From: Antedon mediterranea
Taxonomy: Eukaryota > Animalia > Echinodermata
Assembly: GCF_964355755.1 (NCBI RefSeq)
Contig: NC_092671.1
Coordinates: 24,688,070 to 24,752,069 of the forward strand
Direction of reading: 5' to 3'
Length of the DNA: 64,000 bases
Position numbers and translations under genes: made by a program. Below are positions 57,101 through 64,000 of this stretch, piece after piece; position 1 is the first letter of the stretch; each line of letters opens with the position of its first letter. The notes beneath the pieces are model-generated. The model saw only the letters and a list, made by a program, of their open reading frames with translations, had not been told where the DNA came from and made no database searches.

Positions 57101-60100
57101 TCATCCTAGAACTATAGGATTATCTTCTATGCTGCCTTTGATGAAAATAATATTTCCACACTTCCAATCAAATGACGTCATGATTAGTAAGAGTAATATC
57201 GTTACAATACAACAATTTTATTGTTGTTATTGATCATGACGTCATTTGATTGTATTTAAAAAAATATTATTTTTATCAAATACAGCATACATTAGAAAAC
57301 TGTTCTAATTTCTTTTATTTTATCCAAGAAAAATGTATCTTTATCTATTTATTGTCGATCGTTATCGCCATAGTGTAAATGGGTCATTACCTTGTGAAGC
57401 AATTGAATACTGAGCTGTTTATTGTGTTGGTAGAAAGCGATGATTCCTTGCAGTAGATACAACCTAACAAACAGGGCTAGCTCACGAGAACTATCTCCCT
57501 TTAATGCTTTTAATCTCTCCATGTCTGCACCGTAACTCTTCTTAAAACATTCTTCACACTTCTTCAATCTGGATTCTATGACAAGATATTCATTAATGTA
57601 AATGTTTCCATCACATGTTGCAATTGGTGTTCATGTCATGTACAACATTCATGATGATGGATCCAAATAAGGTACGACATGTGACACAATCAAATTGTTA
57701 TAATTTATATTTATAAATACTCATCCGGGTCTTAATTTGGATGTTGAGGTTTTTCTTGGGCCTGTCTTTCTTTGGAATCGTTTACCTATCTCTAGTCATC
57801 AGGTAACTTTTAAGACAGCTTAATAAACTCATCTACTTAACTCTGCCATTTTATTTTACTTGTGGTTTCTAACGAAAAATAAAATATAGAGGGCGCGATG
57901 TAAACACAGACGTAATAGGTCATTTTTCACAAACCAGTTCTCTTTGGCTGAATAGTTAGTGAATTAGCTTATGAATCTGAAGACCTGCATTCTAAACTCA
58001 TTGATATCATTGGATTTGTATTGGATGACAACATACTGGTCGGTAATAACCAACAAATTTCACCATAGGGAATATAATGATTGATTCTTGTTAGGGTAGT
58101 AGTCATACAGTATGATTCATTCATTCTCATATTTACATAAACCATACACTACAGCATGCATGTTACAACTAAAAAATAATGTTAGAAACAAATTCCAATA
58201 CTAACAACTGTAAAGAATAAAATCACCAAGGAAGAAATACAATGTTCAAATTGTGAATGAAATTGAGTTTTAGAATATCTCTTGTAATACTGTATAATGC
58301 AGATAAAGAAATCTGTGTATTGTAATGTAACATTTTCTTTTACTTTTCTGTTTTTGTTATGGATTGTGATCCCTGAGCATGGGAGGTTTTTTTTAGAGAA
58401 AACAATTTAAACAAAAATTGAAAGGAATCAAACAAACCTGCATCAGGAAGGGAATCAATATTCTGCAAACAGAAGTAACACCAAGTGATATCAAGGCAGA
58501 GGACAGCGTAGTTATCAACAGCTGATAATATCTCAGATCTACAATGACTGCAAAGCAAAGAGTACAGTTTACATCAGTGATTTCTAACTTATTTAAAATC
58601 ACTTCATTTGATAAGAATTGCAGTTTAGATTTATTAAAATATATATATTTATATTTAGGTATATTTATTCATAAAAAGACATCAAAATACAACGGCAGCC
58701 AAAAGGCTGAAAAGTAGTATTTTACAAAATTTGATAAAAATATATAAATACAGTATGTATAAAAGGTAAAACTAGTTTTAAAAGATTAACACATTAAAAT
58801 TGGTCCACCTGTAAGTTAAAATAGTGCCAGTCTATTCAATATTCATCATTAATGAGTCGGACTAAAAAAGGGACTGGTGAAGATCTAAATCTTTCTGTAC
58901 GACCAAACGGGATTGTAGAAAACAGTTTTGTTTATTATGTATGTACATATATACATTTTCCAAGATGTAAGGCAAAAACAAATTTAGTTTCACCTTCCCT
59001 TCCTCATAGGAGCCGCATCATCTTATTTAGCGTTTTTTAAATGGTAGAACAAATGTTTAAGAATACAAAGAATCATTGTATATCTCATAGTATTATAACA
59101 ATTAGAAATTACATTTCTAAAGCTCTGTTTACCCTATCAAAGTTGATGTGACAAAAAAATGTGATGTGGCCAAATATATCCATATTAAATTATAAAATTT
59201 GTATCCAGTCTGGTAACATCCACCCCTTTTTCTCCCCTTAGGGACTGGACTATATGGGCACATCACATTTTTTTCTTTCACACATTTACATCCGGATTAT
59301 TGTGTACACAATAAAAAAAGACAACAGGGCCCTGTTCAGTCTTACTTACGGGAAAAGTTGGTTAACAAATATAAACTTTAATTTTACATATTTGGTGTTT
59401 TTATTCAGATTTTTATGTTCACGCTATATTAACAATTCTGTAATTTAAGCCAGCTCAACTACTGCCAAATTCTGTATGACTATTGTTAGAGAAATTGAAA
59501 TGTATATTTAACCAAATGTTCAGTGGACTTTGAAAATCAATTTGACTAACAAATTAATTCATAAGATTAAAGGATTATCGAAGATTAATATATCCAGCTG
59601 CTACGAATTGAAATTGTCTGGCAGACTTATTAGACTGACTTAGCAACCAATACATGGCTATACTATTAAAGCTTTTGAATTTAAAGAACTGAATTAATTT
59701 GTCAGCTGTGTAACTGCCCAAAAAACTGCACTACAAGAAGGATGATTGCTATGTGAAGAAATGGTATGTACACTTTTATTTACAGCCTATTTATTTCTGC
59801 CTAAAAACAATTGTCATGATATATACTGTATATCTGTCTAAATTAATATAAGGATATTTAGCAGTTTTCATAGTAGTATTGTGATAGTAATAGTGATAAT
59901 ACAGATTTCTATACTTTACCATAAAGCAAAAGGTAACTAAACTGTGCTTTGTTTACAACTTAATTATTATTGTATAGCTAGATAACCAATCCTATATTGT
60001 TATCCCCATCACACTCAATGATAGAGTCCATTATGGTATTTATTGTTTTAGGTGGAACAAAATATAATAAGAAAAAATCTTACTTGAACTCTTTGTCCGC

Positions 60101-62320
60101 TTCAAGTAGCACGAGCAATGCCTCTCCATATTCTTTACGTTTCAAACATGCTCGTCCTCTCTCATTTAACGTGAGCGCGACTGACAATGCACGGCTCTCT
60201 TCCTTGGGTAGGTCAATTGGCTTGCCTGTTTGATCAGCAATTTGAAGATGGTACTTGTCATGATCTTCTGTTAAATAATAAAAATACATTTTTCCATTGA
60301 TGACTTCAAATTCAATTTTAATTTAACATGTTGTACTGTTTTTATTGTATATTTGATGGTTAACAAATAAGTATTTGTTTATGAAATTCATTGATACGAG
60401 TTCTTACTCATCATAGATATATTGTTGAGTTTATATTGGGATGTGGGGCTTGAATGATTAAATGCTTGGATATACATATGTACTGTTTATGCATATTTCC
60501 TTTTCCTAGATGTTTAAGTAGCAGGCACAGGTGACATATTGATACAGGCAATATGGCACAGACAGGTGTCTCAACCCCATGCCTCTCACATGGTAGTAGT
60601 ACAATATCCCTCCATAGTATAGAACTAACTCCAAATAACAAGAGGGAAGTAAATAAATAAAGATCTAGTTCATATTTATTAATGCCTTGTGAATACAGGC
60701 CTATAAAATAAACTATTTCAAACCTTTGCTTCTGTTCGCAAGCACCTCTGCAACTTCCTTTGTACGAGACAGTCTCATTTTCTTAGCTTCATCCGCATTG
60801 GCTGAAACTTCATTTTCTGTCAAAATGATCACCATGACCTGTGACCCATGACTGACTCGTTGATCAGCTAGTGACCTTTCATCATCAATGACCTGGCCGA
60901 CACTGATAACCTTTAGTTCCTCTACTTTCAATTTCCATTTTTCGGAAATTCTGAGATTAAATCGAAACATATTTCAGGTTAAATAGACTTTATAACATAT
61001 TTTCTGTCTAATAAAATCTTCACTGAAAGATCCATTATTATTACAATTATTGTTAGTTAAAGGTTACATAGTAGTTCAGGTTTGAAAAGCCAGTATCATC
61101 TTTTACACTGCCAGGAAAAGTGTGGAGTTGTGAAAGGTGCAGATTTGTGAAAAAGCAACTATTTTTTTCATAAACTACAATGCCGTAATTTTGGAACTAT
61201 TTGATTGGTCAGTTTTTATCATCGTATCCACTTCAAGATTGCAATCATTGAATTGTTTTAACAATTTCTATCAATATCATTGACTTCCTACCCATTTTCC
61301 TTCAATCATTAACATTTCAGTGATTTGAACAACATCAATGCAAAGCCTGATTACCCCTTTTCCTGGAAAATTGTGTAATCTAGTTTAGATTTGCCGCAAC
61401 TCAACACTGGAAAACAGGACAACCAACCATCCCTAGACTTCTCAAGCTTCAATCCCTGCACTTTATACAAAATACATTGGGCTGGACAGTACATAACAAT
61501 TTCTCCTTGTAGGGTTCATGACAAGTCAAAAATACCAGTACCTTTTTTCACTTATTTTTACTATGAATTAATATCAAACAGTCCTTCTGTTGTTGGATTA
61601 AAAACAGAAAATACAATATGCCTACATACAGTATTAACATTGAGGCTGCAGCAAATGTTCCTGAAGACTATTTTTTACATTGCATTACAAATTCGATATA
61701 TAGCGCTCTTTGAAGACTATTTTCATCATACAGAACATCAAAAACAAACGATTGATGAGAAATTGACTAAAATATGGTATATATAGTAGTAAAGAGGAAC
61801 TACGAAGAGGACACCTTTGAGTCCCAATGTGTCCATGTTATTCATAGGGGTGTTCCCTAAATAGGGGGTTGTTCGTATTTGTTATACATATTGCCTCTTG
61901 AAAGTGTCCCCTTAAGGATGTCCTCTGAGTAGGAATGTCACAAAGGAGGGGTTGTACAGACTACTGTATTAACATTGGAGTGTAATACTTTTGATTTTTA
62001 AAATCACTGTATCTGATGATTAGTTAAAATCAGGGTTAATTCTGTATTTATAGTGAATTGTACAGAAATAATGTTTAAACTTACAGTTTCTTCAAATCTA
62101 GACCACTTATGTCTAGTTTTGTTTGCAAGTCTGACAGTTCATCAACTGATCCTTGAGGCAGGTTAGCAGCAATTTTTATCTTGAGTGTGGCAACACCATG
62201 CTTCTGAAACTGCTGCTTAGCATCTAGCTTATGTAAGGCATGTCTACGAAGCTTTTCTATGATTGAGGCAATTGTATCTGGGTCAGTTTTCAACTCAGAC
62301 GAATATTGTTCAACCAGGTT
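54037..62320 (-). CDS. NUB1: NEDD8 ultimate buster 1 (UBL plus three UBA domains), 5'-partial; 9 exons, 559 aa in window
   Basis: Exons join in frame with GT-AG; [11 protein letters not shown] region, [39 protein letters not shown]...[28 protein letters not shown] and EEDYLDLTL match known NUB1; about 40 N-terminal residues not found in window. Confidence 0.95.
54847..55000 (-). CDS. NUB1: NUB1 exon (UBA3)
   Basis: [34 protein letters not shown]. Confidence 0.9.
55591..55780 (-). CDS. NUB1: NUB1 exon (UBA2)
   Basis: [37 protein letters not shown]. Confidence 0.93.
56353..56594 (-). CDS. NUB1: NUB1 exon (UBA1)
   Basis: [26 protein letters not shown]...GKAANGQW. Confidence 0.93.
56706..56825. 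repeat. 23-bp minisatellite (GTA(G/T)ATGCTATTCTACTGGGCCG), 5 copies
   Basis: Directly visible in a NUB1 intron. Confidence 0.95.
57011..57386. mobile_element. foldback PIF/Harbinger-type MITE inserted in a NUB1 splice donor
   Basis: TIR G(G/A)CCCATTTACACTA.GG.GATAACGATCGAC.ATAA; TTA TSD at 57008-57010 and 57387-57389; imperfect palindrome over most of its length. Confidence 0.8.
57391..57575 (-). CDS. NUB1: NUB1 exon
   Basis: [20 protein letters not shown]...[16 protein letters not shown]. Confidence 0.93.
58438..58547 (-). CDS. NUB1: NUB1 exon
   Basis: [36 protein letters not shown]. Confidence 0.93.
60084..60267 (-). CDS. NUB1: NUB1 exon
   Basis: [42 protein letters not shown]. Confidence 0.93.
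60724..60950 (-). CDS. NUB1: NUB1 exon (UBL)
   Basis: [40 protein letters not shown]. Confidence 0.9.
62085..62320 (-). CDS. NUB1: NUB1 exon (first in window)
   Basis: [13 protein letters not shown]...[10 protein letters not shown]...GLDLKK. Confidence 0.9.
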
Positions 62321-62845
62321 CTAAGAAGAATTGAAAACAAACTGTTTGTTATTGCTACTGGATTAAGGACATTAATTAAAATCACCCTATTCATCTACAA
62401 AAAGTAGGCTTAGGTATGGTATAATAATTTGACACATATTTTATATAATTGTTTAGTGTATGAAAAACCTGTATGCATGGATGAGACTATCGGCACGGTC
62501 AAATGTGCATTAAGTGCATTGTTTTTCCTTTCAACAAGATTATTCTGTGCATGTTTTTTATCAGCAAATTTCTCATCATCGGTAAAAGGAATATCAGCCG
62601 ATTATTTCTCCTGCCATTGGGCTTAAGGTCATTGAAGCTGGTAGAACTCTTGTACTCGATAAATATGCTGCCAAAATCATTTATGGTTACCGGAATGATC
62701 AGAAATGAAGTAATTAAATTATAAAATGGTAAGTTACATGCACATTGGCCATACCATTGGCGAAGTCGATTGAGCTGATAGTTACTTCCCATGTACATAT
62801 TCCCACATACAGTAACTGCTAACATGAGATCAGACACTTTTTATT

Positions 62846-63527
62846 TATTTACCTCCGCCAAGGAGGTATATGTAATCGGTAGCGTGTGTTTGTTTGTTTG
62901 TTTGTTAGCAGGATTACTCAAAAAGTAATTACAAGATCTTTACCAAAATGAATAGACAGATAGATATGTGGTCAAGGACCATTCCATTAAATTTTGGGAC
63001 CATTTGGGACCACAGTCCCAATTCTGGACCACTTTTTAGTATACTTTTTTAGACCTGCTAGTGTTAAAAGATAGGACAGAATTTTTCAAAAGCCGGCGAG
63101 CAGTCTTAAAGTAACAAGTAAACTGAAATTGCATTTTCTCGAGAACTACTTGTCCAAAAAACTTCATTTTTGAACAAGAGGCAAGAGTTATAAGTTGTGA
63201 TTTGTAATTTTAAAACATAATTTGATTTAATGTGCACGTTTTTTGATGCGAGTAGTTTAAAAAACCTATTTCTTTTCAAATTCACTCGTTTGATTTTCGC
63301 GTTGCTGTTCTATTGTTAGTCAACTGAAGCTAATGTTAATTGAAAGGCTTGTTACATAACCATTACACCAAACTCGCATACACATGCTTGTAATGAAATT
63401 AGCCTATATCACAAACAGCATTAAGACACACACAAATATATATATATTTTTTTTTAACCGGAGAAATCTTATGTAGGAGAATTTTACAGTAGGCGGAGGT
63501 ATGCACTCTTGGAGTGGCTTTCTAGTT
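62846..63527 (+). mobile_element. non-autonomous Helentron (HINE), separate family
   Basis: ACCTCCGCC-AA-GGAGGT 5' IR, (GTTT)n microsatellite, 3' subTIR GGCGGAGGT, hairpin CACTC-TTG-GAGTG, end CTAGTT. Confidence 0.85.
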
Positions 63528-64000
63528 TTATTCTATTTTATGTCTTAAACACATGGCCAAGGATTACCATTGATAGTAATCACTGTTCTATCAGATAGGT
63601 GGTAATCACTGTTCTATCAGATAGGTGGTAATCCCCTGACACAGGGGCTGTTTTGTGAACCAGATAAGCAGGGTAACTCATCTCAAATGATGAACTGGGC
63701 ACTGTACTGTGTGCACTGGACTGGAGCAAGTCGGCCTTGAGCCAATATTGTTCGCTCTTTAGGTTCGGTAAATGGGCTGTATAAAAACTCAAATCTCAGA
63801 TCTGAGTTTTCTAGATCTAGAATGGAACTAGAAAACTCAGATCATCAAATGATTGGTTGGCTAGGCCTAAATGCTAAATTTTAAAAGGTAATGTGTACTG
63901 TATTTTCTTTATGATTTAAATCGTAGGCGCTGCAACTTACAATATTGTAGTATCCACACAATTTAAATAAGAGCAAGAAAACACAGTCTTATGAATCAAC

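Noticed and set aside
15118-62320. CDC27 and NUB1 as a functional ubiquitin-proteasome cluster
   Set aside because: Convergent and 17 kb apart; no shared regulatory evidence in the sequence and synteny cannot be tested here
62429-62837. Overlapping ORFs as NUB1 first exon or nested gene
   Set aside because: No similarity to the NUB1 N-terminus (LWxPPY-type motif) or any family I recognise; likely decayed insertion

Overview
AT-rich, intron-rich animal genomic DNA, probably a marine invertebrate deuterostome such as an echinoderm (inference). Most listed ORFs are spurious or exon fragments. Three spliced genes were rebuilt by hand from GT-AG sites and reading phase: (1) a small secreted single-domain Kazal-type protein on the minus strand (coding exons 9487-9562 and 2172-2440, 114 aa); (2) a complete CDC27/APC3 gene on the plus strand (19 coding exons, 15118-36571, 833 aa); (3) the last 9 coding exons of NUB1 on the minus strand (54037-62320; the first coding exon was not found in the window). 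The 5' end of a fourth, unidentified minus-strand gene may lie at about 700-970. The rest is transposon-derived and tandem DNA. The standout is a 10.6 kb block (39410-50019) of seven same-orientation non-autonomous Helentron-type elements nested in balanced brackets, A1[B1,A2[B2],A3[B3[B4]]]. Each is inserted in the AAG/AAT tract near the 5' end of its host. Also notable: a minimal Penelope-type hammerhead ribozyme motif, a collapsed LTR element with a tRNA-Glu PBS just upstream of CDC27, a 5S-derived SINE, a MITE inserted within a NUB1 splice donor, and several minisatellites. All calls are by eye, so TE boundaries may be off by a few bases.
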